Shown here: positions 11,348 through 23,697 of the stretch, one piece after another | How the letters are laid out: each line of letters starts with the position of its first letter | How positions within the stretch are numbered: position 1 is the first letter of the stretch | NCBI GenBank assembly: GCA_009103225.1 | Contig: RHPI01002533.1 | Coordinates: 1,301,183-1,365,182 of the forward strand | Direction: 5' to 3' | DNA: 64,000 nt | Source: Chlorokybus atmophyticus | Lineage: Eukaryota > Plantae > Mesostigma and Chlorokybus algae | The notes under the pieces: model-generated | Databases searched by the model: none | What the model was told of the DNA's origin: nothing | What the model saw: the letters and a program-made list of their open reading frames with translations, nothing else | Position numbers and translations under genes: made by a program

Positions 11348-13164
11348 TCAACCCTCAGTACCCCGTCGCGGTTCAGGCCTTGTGGTTGAGGTAGTACTTG
11401 GTGGCACCCTCGTCGCATGTCCTCGGCCTCGCGCGCGGTTGATCAGCCCGAGGAGGCCCCCCGCCCCGCTCGCGACCTCCCTGGAGGCCGCAAGCGCGTC
11501 ACGCGCCTTGGCGATGCTCGACTGCCGGCCCGCTCGGGCCCTCAGAGCGGCAAGTCTGTCCCTATCGACGTCCAGCAAAGACCTCTCCTCCAACGCAGAT
11601 GCCAGAACGTCTATGCATGCAAGTGCATGTTACAGCTCCGACGCACTTGATCACAGGGATGACGCATGTGCACAGCGTGCATCTGCACACCCGCTGGTAC
11701 ATGCGGCCATCCATGCACGCGTGTGCACACACATGTGCACACATGCATGGGCGTACCGCACACGCTTATGTGTGCGTGCATGTAACGCGTCCACCACACG
11801 TGCGCATGTCCACGCAAACACATGAACGCATGCACCCACACGTGCCGGCATATGCGCCTACCCATGCACGCACGCAGACACAGACAGAGACAGAGACAGA
11901 GAGACACATACCTCTGGTGGCGCGGCCAGCAAGTTTGACGGTGTCGGTAACAGCGAGGGCCGCCTGGGAAGAGCGCGTGATGCCGTTGTTCAGGGCAGCA
12001 CCCACGGCCGCGAGCTCCTCGCCCACCTCTGCTAGCTCCAACCCCGTCAGCCGCACCGCCGCCGCTGCCCCACCCAACTGCATGCCACATTGCACGCGGC
12101 TGTCTTTACTGTTGTGCATTGCTTTACATGGCGCTTATGAGTCCACCACCAACAACAACGGCAACAAAAATCACACTCACCTCCCCGCGCGCCTCGTTGC
12201 AGAGTTCCGTGAAGGCGTCCGCGGCCTTGCGCATGGACCGAATCGCCGGCACTGCTGCTGCCAGCACCGCCGTCAATGCAGCCACCAGCTGCGTGCATCC
12301 CGTTAAAGTCGTGTTCAAGCAGGGAACAACAGTGCGCGGAGAGAACAAACAGCAGAAATGTGCGCACTGGCACAGGGTTACAGCTGCTGGAGGACAGCAA
12401 CACTTGCACACATTGGGACATGTCTCATGCATATCTCATGCATGCGCATGATTAGCACAAGGCACCACGGATGGCAGTGCTGACAACAACGACAGTTACG
12501 ATGTCAACAATGACGTCAACGACCGCGGCGACAGAGACAGCACTGCGCGTTGAACGTGAGGACAAACAACTCTGTGGTGGAGGAAGTAAAGCGGTTGGTG
12601 CGTATGTTGATTACTGCACGCATTGCATGCCATGCCAATGCACTGAACAAACCGCGTTCACAACACTTGACAATGCTCTTGGCTCCGCAATAGCAAACAC
12701 CACGATTGACTTGAAAACCATCGTGCATGCATGCACGCCAGCCACATCTCTCGCCCCCCTCTTCTCGTGTTTCTCACCAGGCAGGTGAGTACAGCCAGCG
12801 CCTGCAGCAGCGCCCTCTCAGCAGACCACGCCTCCGCCGCCGCCGCCGCTGCCACCTGCTCTGACGATGGCGCCGTTGACGGAGACACCCCCACCGACGC
12901 CACCAGCTGCCGCTGCTCCTCAACGCCGGCCCCAGCCAGCAACGCGGCAGAGGAGGAGGCGGAGGTGGATGAAGGGGTTGAGGAGGAGGTGGAGGGGGCT
13001 GAGGAAGTGGAAGCCCTGCCCCCGGTCGCCGCCCTCCTCGGCGCTCCTGCTGCTGCTGCCGCCGCCGCCGCTTGGTGCTTGGGCCGCCTAGGCCAGCGAT
13101 GGCATACAGAGGAGGGGGGGCGCAGAGCTGTTGAACCTGCCGAGGGCGCCAACGCCAGCGACAT
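11348..13164 (-). CDS. Plastid-targeted membrane protein of the cyanobacterial/plant DUF948-like (At1g08530/At5g09995-like) family
   Basis: Ser/Ala/Arg-rich transit peptide, then VLAAAVPAIRSMRKAADAFTELCNEARGE/LGGAAAAVRLTGLELAEVGEEL...GITRSS. This matches the recalled family pattern AIP.L..M.RAA...EKL....REEL......RLSG.E. Confidence 0.7.
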
Positions 13165-13323
13165 GCCTACCGATGCGGAGCGCCACGTCGCGGCTGAAGC
13201 AGTAATCTAGTCCTGTCTACACGCACACACCTGTCCGGTCCGGCCTGGTCTGGTCTGGCCTGGTTTGTGCAATGCACAATGCGCATCGCTGGTCTGTTCA
13301 TTGCTTGTCGAGTTGTGTGTGGT

Positions 13324-13337
13324 GGGGGGGGGGGGGG
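13324..13337 (+). repeat. G14 homopolymer in the promoter region of the DUF948-like gene, next to a CTGGT/CTGGC pentamer repeat (about 13236-13265)
   Basis: Direct reading of the sequence. Confidence 0.9.
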
Positions 13338-14954
13338 TGTGTGTGAGGTTCCTGTTGATGACAACACCAACTTGTGATTGTTGCTGCGTTTAATTTTGTA
13401 GGCCTAGCAATGGGTGTATGCTCTATCATCAAGGCATGACACCTACACTATCATACCATGTCGGCAAATATGATAGATGTGACGCAAATACCACTTGAGC
13501 ATGTGTAACATTTTCATCTGAACTGATTCTACGATACCCATGCATGAGGCTCGTGGTTACTTGTTAGCTCCACTTGACGCAAACATATTTGTGTAATTTG
13601 ACGAACATTCACGTGTGTATTTGTAATCCATGTTAGATTAATGTTGCTTTAAATATTACTCATATACTGCATGATATGTGTTATGCATGGTCATTGAACT
13701 TCACAACTAGTTGAAGACTCTGTAACGGAGTAAGTGCCAGTGAAATCACGTACAGCCTTGCAAGCTACAGCTTATAGTGAACGAATGCGCTAGAGTTTTA
13801 TTGTAACAAAGTAGTTATAATAAATATTTTGTAAGTACAATTCGCTCGCAATGCCACTTCCACTGGTTAGAATAAAACCTCAAAGGATTTCAAGCATCAC
13901 GTGCACGTAATGTATCAGAATGCAACAAGGAGTGGAGGACACATACAAGTCAGTTGCAGCAGACTGTATATTGGGCAACTGCGCAAACTGTTGGTGCCGA
14001 CCATTAGTAAGCAATGTTTAAAAGTGTGAGTACAATGCTTGTGCATACTTTTGTATACACACTTGCACTTAAACATATATCATTATAATGGTTTAGGTAA
14101 TACCAATCACCGACGTTCCTTGTATGTCACAAAGTTCACATGCTACTTCTGCATGTAAAGAACATTTACATGTGCTGGGCAACATATCTGAAAAGTATGT
14201 GTCGGCACGTGTACTTACGCAACTAGACGTATCATGCTTGCGCATATGGTAGAAAACTCTTCCACCAACTAGTTGAACCTGAAAATGAGTTGGTGCCAAA
14301 ACGTGATTTGTATGGCATAGACTAATATTATGTCACATACTACTACCTCATGCATGTGATAGTTTGCAACCTGAAGGTTGCATTTGCATAATGATCGTTT
14401 GAATTTGAACGATCTTGATGCAAATAGATGTTATGCGGATACCATCGCGCTTTTGTACCGTTAGTGCAAAATCTCTGGCAAAAATATATAATGTCGATAT
14501 TGTGTTGTATGATTTTTAAGTACAGTAATATAAGACTTGCAACACAACTTTGTCACAATGGGACATGACGTCATTAAGATGCATAAAAAGATTCTTGATT
14601 TGGCCAATCACAAACATATCATATATTTTGGCATATACAAACGTATGGATGTGAGTTACATATACTGCAATAAATACATCAATGGCCCGGCCATGCTTGT
14701 CGCAAGCAACATTGAAGATTCAATAGCCAATAAGGAGATCCTGGGCCCCACACCCCCATGCTAGAGCTGTGCGTAGCTTGAGAGAATGTTTATCCTCTGT
14801 GGTGGACGTTGTAGGTATTGGTGTCGCTGTTCTGAGAGGGTAGGCAGAGAGGTCTGCCAACATTGTTCTGGATGAATCACATTATGGTATTTCATTGAAT
14901 GCGCAGTGTCACACTTCCCACACTGCTATTGCGAAAAGCCGCCGCCTGCGGCGC

Positions 14955-15014
14955 GTACGGCTGTGCATACGGACAAACCTCAAGGCAGTACAGAGTACGG
15001 CCGTCACTGTACGG
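14955..15014 (+). promoter_or_regulatory. Cluster of SBP-box/CuRE-like GTAC sites upstream of MTP1
   Basis: GTACGG at 14955, 14995 and 15009, plus GTAC at 14988, within 60 bp. GTACGG is the reverse complement of the SBP-domain site CCGTAC. Confidence 0.5.
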
Positions 15015-15683
15015 CTGTTGCTTTCCCCGCCAGAACAGAAAGATGCCGGCGGCAGACAACCACCTGGCGGCAACAATCGCAACGTCCACAGCTTGCTCAC
15101 GCTAAAGTAGCTGAAGCTTCCTCCGCCGCCGCCGTGGTTGCTAGCGCAGCTGTGCTGAGAGCTTGTTACCAGTGCAAGCGTGCTGGTTGAGCTTCTCTGG
15201 CCTCTTGCGGCACAGGCATTGAGGCACACCTATTGGTGAAAAGGACACGCCGGCGAGGGAGCTGATCATCAGTCTGTTCTGCAGTTTCCCATTTTCAAGT
15301 GAATGCGGGTGGTGTCTTGAGGAGGTTGCCGCCCTCTTGTCAACTGCCCACTATTGTTGCCAGCTTGCAGGCAAGCTATTTTGCCGTGCTTATCCGTTTT
15401 CCGTGAAGTTTTGTGGGCGAGGGCGACAGCTGCTGAGGGTTGATGGTGCTAAGCAGTGAGAGGACGGGTTGTCAAGGCTGTCGTTCGTGTTGTTGAGGTA
15501 CGGCACGGGGGAGCAGTATTTTGTGCAACCCACGCAAGGGTTTCATTCTGTAGTGAGTGACAGCGAAGTGAGGGTTTAACTCCGTCAGCAACGCTGGCGG
15601 CGGCGGGGAGGACGAAGAAGCTGTCGTTTGAGGGTAGGATTGAGAAGACGGCTTCTCCGGGGCGGGTGAGGGAAGCTCTGCAC

Positions 15684-18250
15684 ATGGAGACCCCCCTGTT
15701 GACAAGCAGTAACGGCAGTAACGACGACGGCAAAGGCAGGAGCCCAGGCAGCAATGCCTGCGGCAGCGGTGTCAGCCCGGAGCCGCTCCCGTCTTGCGCG
15801 CGCGACCAAGCTATCAGCGTGTCTCACGTCCCCTCCGCTGCCCACCTCGCGCAGGGCGCAATGCTCTCTCGCTGCCTGTCGCGTGCTGATGGTAAGTGCA
15901 ACATCACACGTGCATGCTACCGCAGGCTGGTAGCCGCTTTGTGACGGGAAGCTTTTTTTGTTACGTCATGCGCCCAACAGCGTGCAACCGCTCTCTTATG
16001 GCCAGTGAAGTGAAATCTTTTGCAATATTTGGCAAAGCGATGTAAGGTGCAGAGAGGCATACGCTGCTTGTGTCATAAATTGTTTCCACGTGTTGTTTCA
16101 GAGCAAACTGTGATAGGCCTGTGTAGTGATCGTTTCCAATCTTTTCTCTTCCTAACACACGAAGGCACTTAGAGCTAGCAAGTGACCAGTTTCTGAATGC
16201 AAACTTATGGTATACCGCTGCGTTGATGTTGTTCTTCAACAGCAAAGTGTAAGCCTTTCATTTGAGCTGGAAGTGTTGGCCGCAAGGTTTCTTGTTCTAT
16301 TTTGTTGTGCGCGTACTCACAATGCCTTTGCATGCTGATTGCCAGCTGCTTGTTGCCCTTGTCGCAGACCTTTGGTAGTGACTTTGTTGTATTACTGCCG
16401 GTGCAGGTCTAGGTGCTGACGGTGCAGAGCACACGTGTTACTTGTCTGAGCTTGGTGAGACAGAAGAGACAGCAAAACAGCGGTCAAAACTCGTGACCGC
16501 TGTAGTCCTGTGTTTCATATTCATCATCGCTGAGGTGGTTGGTGGTAAGGAGATTACCAACTTGGGATGTCGTGGCGCACATGCAATTGCAGCTGACAGT
16601 TGAGTTGTCGCAGGTATTCTGGCGAACAGTCTTGCAATAATAACGGATGCGGCTCATCTTTTGTCGGATGTTGCAGGTACAATTTGGTCGGCAGCATGCT
16701 TGTCTGTGCCACACGGGGCACTTATACACATTCTTTGTGCAGCCTTTGCGATCTCATTGTTTGCGCTGTGGGCCTCTACTTTGAAGGCCACTCCTAAACA
16801 TTCATACGGGTTTCACCGCCTGGAGATTCTTGGAGCACTTGTGTCTATACTGCTCATCTGGATGCTGACCGGCGTGCTGATTTATGAGGCCAGTCAGAGG
16901 TACAAACTATTCAGCGTCAGTTGTTTGGGCTGCTTTGCAGCTTATCCGACCAGGTGTATGCCTTCTACTGTAACACTAACGCTGTGCTCAGGCTTCAGCA
17001 CGGCGGTGATGTTGATGGCCGCACCATGACCATTGTAGCCATTTGTGGTGTTTTGGTCAACATCTGCCTGGTGACACTTCTGCACGATCACGGGCACGGG
17101 CATGCGCACGGACACTCACATGGGCACGCGCACGGGCATGAGCATGGGAGTGGCCATGCCCACGGACATGGGCATGAGCATAGCAATGGACATGGCTCGG
17201 GACACCCACCTGCTCGTGGTCATGCGCATGAGCATGACGCTATCGACCATGCACTTACCGATTCAGATGAAGAGGAGCACAGCCACTGCCATGGTAAGCT
17301 GCACTGTTGGCAGGGAAGTATAATAGGTCGCTAACAGCCCTATAATCTTGTTCATTTGGCTGTTGCAGATGAAGAAGAGGGCTTGGTGAATTTGAAGAAG
17401 CACGCACGCACGCAGGACGAAACGGAGCGACAGTCTCGTAATATAAACATGCGCGGCGCCTTTCTGCATGCCATTGGTGACCTGGTGCAGAGCATTGGCG
17501 TCGCCATTGCTGGCATAGCAATTTGGATACGACCTGACTGGTAAGTTAAGTTTTGAATGTTGTTATGTGTGCATCGCATGTGGTGAAGCAGGAAATACAT
17601 CCACTGACGATATTCCTGGGCGTTTGCAGGAAGATAGCAGATCCGATTTGCACGTACATATTTTCCATACTTGTGCTTGCCACTACCCTGAACATGTTAC
17701 GAGACATCACGGATGTTCTTATGGAGCGCACTCCGCGAGGCTTGGATGCAGAAAAGGTGAGTGCTTGCTGCGGTTCTCATAAGAGAACTTTCGTGGAGAC
17801 TACATCCGTCAACTGATAGTAGCCACTATCAAGTCACATTCACCCCGCATCATCAATGCTTGTGTGGCAATTGCAGTGTCTGTGGCAACCATTACGCACA
17901 GTCAAGGTGCTGATGGGTTGTTGTATGCTAGGTTCGTGAAGGTCTCAAGCGTATTGAGGATGTTGTTGATGTGCATGAGCTACACATTTGGTCAATCACG
18001 ATGGGCAAGGTGAGTCGTGTTCTCAGCTTGGTTGATGGTATGTCTGCCTGACTTGGTGTTCGCACAGCAGGCTCACACTACCCACCCTTGGCAGGTGCTG
18101 CTTGCAGTGCATATTTTGACCACATCCGATGCGAACACTGACGAGGTGTTGTCAAATGCTCACAAGTATTGCGAAACCGCACATGGCATTAGCCATGTGA
18201 CCATACAGGTTGAACGCATTGATGGCTTCCGAAGTGGGCATCATCATTAG
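15684..18250 (+). CDS. MTP1: Cation diffusion facilitator Zn transporter with a His-rich loop (MTP1/ZAT-type), about 9 exons
   Basis: [32 protein letters not shown], long (HG)n loop, [40 protein letters not shown] and HVTIQVE. Confidence 0.95.
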
Positions 18251-19262
18251 ACTTCCAACCCTGCGCTGAGGTGGGGTTGCATAACATGTATACTGTTGCC
18301 GGTGGCACAGGCTGCCGCAAACCAAACAGCAGTATAACAGCAAGCTCATAGCCACCACTCAGGCTGCAAGGTGTTTTTTTGCGTGCATTCTGGTCAATTC
18401 TTCGTTGTCATATTCAAATTGTTGTCAGATACTGTGTTCTCAGTTGTGATGTGCACATGAAATTTTCTGCACTGCATGTGGACAGCTGGCGCGAGTTGTG
18501 CTGTGCCGTACCGCCAACACCAACATTAGCAGAGTATGTGCTGTATCAGCCTTATACATGCACAAGTACGCAAGTTTCATGTTTTCAACTCCTGAATATG
18601 GACATCGTGAGTTGTGACGAAGTTGTGCACAGAGCTTCATAACAGCAAGTTGGCATGAGATCAAATGCATAACAGACACACGTGATGCAGCTTGCATCTT
18701 TTGTACATAGATGCCCAAGGTTGAGGCAGCATGGCTGAAATTTTGGCAACCAGTTTTAGGTCTGCAACAAGTCTGTTTTGTATGTAATCTGTTGTGTACA
18801 GGATATGCGCGAGACAATTGGAGACATGCATGACGTCAAACAGCATAGCATACCAACCAGCATGCAAACTCAGTCACATACACCACCACCGGGCTATTCT
18901 TACTGCCTGTTTACCTACCACACTACCCTACTCTAGACCTCCCCGTTAGGCATGCATACATGCGTATTGTTGGTTAATTACCTGTGCAACACACGAGCTG
19001 AATGTTTGGGTTAGTTAGTGTTTCCGAGCTGTATACCAACACTACATTGAACATAAGCACACATTTACAACCGTGTTCAACTGTAGCCTGTGCATACAGC
19101 AGTAATCATTCCGGTCACAAGGGCATAGAACAGTGCAGTGCATGACAAACTTGCTTGTCTGCCAGTTCACAGACCCGCAAAGCGGCAATTTGACAACTCT
19201 GCCACTGCTAAAAACAATACAACAAGAGAAAGAATGCTGTTGTGTGGCAACCCATCGACAAG

Positions 19263-20803
19263 TCACCCGTCAATCCCAAGGTACCGAAACTCCGCCCCGC
19301 ACTCGGCCCCCTCCGTAATAACCACACTACTGGCAACATCCCCATCAACTCCACCACCACCTCCTCCCCCCTTCCCTCCCGCAATGACACGCATCCCCAC
19401 CCGTGCAGCCGCATCCCCAACCACGCCCGCGCACCCCTCCCCGCACGCCTCCACGCCCACGGCTCCGAGCGAGGACGCCAGCATGTTGACCAGGCGCTTG
19501 TCCACGTCGGCGGGGGCGACATTGAGCGTGCGGGCAAGGAGGCGCCGGGCCGCGTCGGGGTCAAGGCGCGCGTGCACCACCGCATTGACACGCTGGAGAA
19601 TGAGGGTTGGCAAGGAGGATAGAGTGGAGATCAACTCCAGGGACTTGTGAGGACCCACGCCGGGGAAAAACAGGAAGAAACAGCTCTGCGAGAGTGTGAT
19701 GTTGGGGATGTGGTGAGCACGGCGACGAAGCGCTTGTTATGCATACCATTGAGTTACCTGTCCGTGCGGTGGTGGGCGATCGCCCCATGTCGTGATTAGA
19801 TACTGTCAAGCACACAACATTGGATGAGGATAGGGCGCCAAAGACCAAGGCTGATGCAGAGAGTTTGGCAAGATAACGAACCAGCACAACAACAGCAGCA
19901 CACAGTTGCTGTTGTTGTTTATTGACATATCTGCAACAATGCCAGCAGAAACAACCCATACCGGTGTTGGGTTCTGCAGGCACGATTCCGGCGGCCAAGG
20001 CCCCAGGAGAGACTCCACCGCCAAATCCTGCGCGCAGTTGTCGTGATGAACATCAACCCCAAAGTAGCCGTCAAACTGCATTGAAGGAAACAACGCAACC
20101 CAACCCAACCCAACTGTCTCACCGGCGGCAAGAAGTCCCAGTTGCGTCGGTGCGCGTGTGAGGGCGTGAAGTCATGAACATGGCTCCAGAAGTTCACGAG
20201 CGGGTTAAGCCCGCATGCGTTCATCTGCTCCGCCAAGCCCGCGTATGCCACATCACAACACCCGAACCGCAACGACTCGGATGACTCGATGACCGGCCTC
20301 GTGGCGCACGCGAGCGCAAAATCACAACCCTTACAATCGCGCGTGCGAAACTGCCGACAGATGGATGAGAGTTTCGTGTCCACGCAGTCACGCACGAACA
20401 CGGAGCCTTCTGTTGGGCCAACAAACACGCGGCAGTTGCGACACGCGTCCACCGTGACGGTTGCGCAGCAGTCAAGCAGGAAGATGGCGCAGTCCACGCA
20501 CTCTTCGATCACAAACTGTTGGCCCGCGATCGAGCCCGGTGGCTTCACGCGCACCTCGCCTTTGAGACCAGCGAACACAAAGTCACGCGGGTCCAACGCG
20601 GGCTTCAGCTGTTGGGCTACTACTTGTGTCTGTTGTGGCTGTACTTGTGTTTGTGGGTGTAATTGCGTGTGCTGATCGGGCTTGGTGATGATGTTGGCGT
20701 CATCATGTGTGCCATTGACGCGGTAGGTTGCAGCGCGCTTGCTGTTGGTCTTCGCCCCTCCTTTGCCAGTGCATGAAGAGAGGGACGATGTGCATGCACC
20801 CAT
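19263..20803 (-). CDS. RP2: XRP2/RP2-like protein (TBCC domain plus degenerate NDK-like C-terminus), ARL3-GAP family, 4 exons
   Basis: MGACTS acylation-type N-terminus, PPGSIAGQQFVIEECVDC, GPTEGSVFVRDC, CRQFRTRDC, ATRPVIESS and NFWSHVHDFTP. Confidence 0.9.
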
Positions 20804-21506
20804 TGCTGAAGTTGCAAAAGTCAATAGCGGCGGCGTGTCAACGCAACCGCCGAGACGCAATGCGGGGGCGATGCTGAGCGCGTTTTCTCAACATTGCATC
20901 GACTGGTTGTGCTGTCAGCAGTGAGTCTGATGCTCTCGCTAGCTCAGTCTTCTTTGGATCCATCATCAACGTCATGCGGTTGCGTGTATGCTTTCAAACA
21001 GCTTTGAAACAGGATGAACTGAATCGCTGCATGTATGGCGTTGGTCTGCACATACAAGTGTTGTGTGAAAAGTTGTGCTAAGAGGCTTGCCATGCTAAGC
21101 ACACAAACAGCGCAACCGATCGCCTGAGACAATGCAACAGATGTAGCTGTAATCTGGTGGGTGAATCGACACCCCAGACCAGGCAGAGGCATTCGTATAA
21201 TGCCAACGCCAGCTCTCAACCGGGTGTTCAAATACGACGATCAAACAAAGGAAATCAACAACTTCATGGGTGGATGACAGGCCATCAAGTTGGAGTCAAC
21301 CACCAAGCATTCCATTTGCTAAAGACAAGCACATGACTTGTGAGAAGAATGGCTCAGGCTGACAGTCGCTGACCTGGGCGATGTACCGCCTTCAGGCAGC
21401 CACCCACTGCTTGTAGGTCTTAGATACCCGCATGCTTGTCACCAATGCCACCTCCACCCTTGCCTCTATGGACCGCCTCCTCCGCCTCCCCGCCGCCTTT
21501 GCTTGT

Positions 21507-21516
21507 GCCACGTGTC
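21507..21516 (+). promoter_or_regulatory. G-box/ABRE-type element GCCACGTGTC
   Basis: Exact motif about 120 bp upstream of the ATG of a plastid-protein gene. Function is inferred only. Confidence 0.4.
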
Positions 21517-21634
21517 AGGCAACAAACGGGCGTAACTCAATCGCTAAGCAGCCGTATCTTGGTTGTTACCATTACGCAAGATCATTGATGGCGTATTGGC
21601 GATTACGAAGTGAGCCATAGTGTAAGCCAGCAAC

Positions 21635-22885
21635 ATGGCGGCGGCGGCGGTGGTGTTGGGCTTGAGGCCGCATATGCTTCCAGCTACAGGAATGGCGTTG
21701 TGCTGCGCTCCTGCTCCAGCGCTCAAAGCCTCGTCAAGGAGGGCGCCATGGCCAAGCTTACGCTGGCGACGGCGGCCAGCCACCGCTGCCGCTGCGCAGC
21801 AGAGTGCCGGCGGCGGCGGCGGCGGCGGCGGCTTTGGCAGGCGAACTCCCTCAGGTGTGACGACCATCTGCCTGCATTGCATACGTCATTTGAACGTGAT
21901 CACTGCCACATTCCCCCACTCGCAAGGCCAGGACTCCCTGCCTTGTGTGCATGCAATCGCACCAATGCCACTTGCCTAGCATGATAGCATGGTGACACTG
22001 CATGCAAGATTGCATTGGTACAAACCTTCGTTATACCAATGCTGCCTCGCGAGTACAAGTACATGCATGCAGCGCTGGTTTTCACCACACTGAGCGAATG
22101 CTGTCGTGAATGCGGGCATCTTACTCTAAATACCAATGCATCATTCAACGCTGTTTACTTCCAACGCTGTACAGTAGTAGTGAGTGTCTGTGCGCACAGT
22201 GCAGCAGGCGCGTAAGCTGCAGCTCGAGGCGTCGGAGGTGCTGGCGGAGCTCATGAAGGCCGCGAACCCCACCACCGCCGCCGCCGCGCGCTCCGACGAC
22301 CTCACCCCGGAGTTCTTCACCGTCGCCTCCGCCTACCTCGACATGGCCAAAAAGGAAGGCAACCCTGAGGTCAGTCGCAGGCTTGTGTTGTTGTCTCTCA
22401 AGTGGCCCGGTATGCTGTAAGATTGCTAAACTTCACAAGTGCGCACACCCTCGGGCGCACATGCCTGCTCGCATGTGCGCACGTGCGTGCACACGCACAT
22501 ACATCGCATACACGCACACACATGCACCCGGCACGCACACAACTCATTGACGTATGTGGACTCGCAGATTGTGGCAAAGATTGAGTTATGCATAGGGGCG
22601 GCTTTAGCAGAGAAGGAGAGGACGCTAAGGCCAGAGATTAGGCTGCTCAATGCGTTGATGCGCACTGGGGCCAAGCCCGCAGCCGCGCGGGAGGCCATCC
22701 TGGAGGAGCACAGGGAGCTTGTAGAGGACACGAGCAGCGGCTACTTCTACACGCTCGTGGGGCGCGTGCGTGGCGACCTCAAGGCGCAGCCTCGCAGCGA
22801 CGCCCGCGACGCCAACCTCGCCCTCCTCGATGCTGTTGACAGTGAGGCACGCGCTCTCGCTGCTCGGCGGCCTGCCTCCTCGTGA
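21635..22885 (+). CDS. Uncharacterised plastid-targeted helical protein (PRDA1/At4g37920-like superfamily, tentative), about 4 exons
   Basis: Transit peptide MAAAAVVLGLRPH..., then LTPEFFTVASAYLDMAKKEGNPE / IVAKIE...EKERTLRPEIRLLNALMR with canonical splice sites. Confidence 0.7.
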
Positions 22886-23697
22886 CATCAATTGTGTTCA
22901 TTGTTTAGAAAGTACAACATATAGGATGCTAGGATTGTGGCATGCATGAGAGTTTGAGACATGCAACGCAAGAAACACACCACAACACTCAACCACATTC
23001 ACCACCGGGTTCAACCTACTCGCTACCTAGCTTCACTACTAGCCCAACCCCGTTAGACATGCAGGCAGGCATGCACGCGCCATTACCTGTGACACCACTC
23101 GACACATCAGTCTTGGGCCAGGCGACACTGACCACAACGACCGGTGGACTCCTCCCGCCGCCTCTCTGCCACCCTTCACCGACCGCCACAACTGCCGTTG
23201 CTGCCGACTATCGGTCTCCACGCTGCCGCGCGCTTAGGGTTTGGTCAGCCGTACCATACGCATGCACTGCCATGCATATGGTAGTGCATGCGTATGGTCG
23301 TGGTTGTGGTCATGTGTTTGTGAGTTTGGTGTACTGTGTATCTCGGTTTTGCTGCAGCGGCTTGACTAAGCAGTTGCGTAATCACGATGTTTTTGTAGCA
23401 GTGTGAGACGTCTTGCGTGGGTAGACGACAGTGTCGTAAGGGCCGTTGCGAGGGAAGATGGCCCGTAGCAACCTGCAGATGTACTGACATTGATGTGAAC
23501 TTGTTACTGATAGTCCACATCTCTCCTAGTTTAATTAAGTACAGGTTAAGCAATGTGAGGTGATAACCTTTTGGGTAGTGGTTGCCTTGCCCAAATTTTG
23601 CCCAAACCTTGCAACATAATTGAACAGATTGTGCCTATGTACACCCCTACATGTGGGTGGAGTCCAATAATGGCATTGGATACCCACCGCAACCACA

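Noticed and set aside
16361-16374. 7-nt micro-exon (AG/ACCTTTG/GT) in MTP1 intron 1
   Set aside because: Inclusion shifts the frame into an immediate stop, whereas direct splicing is in frame.
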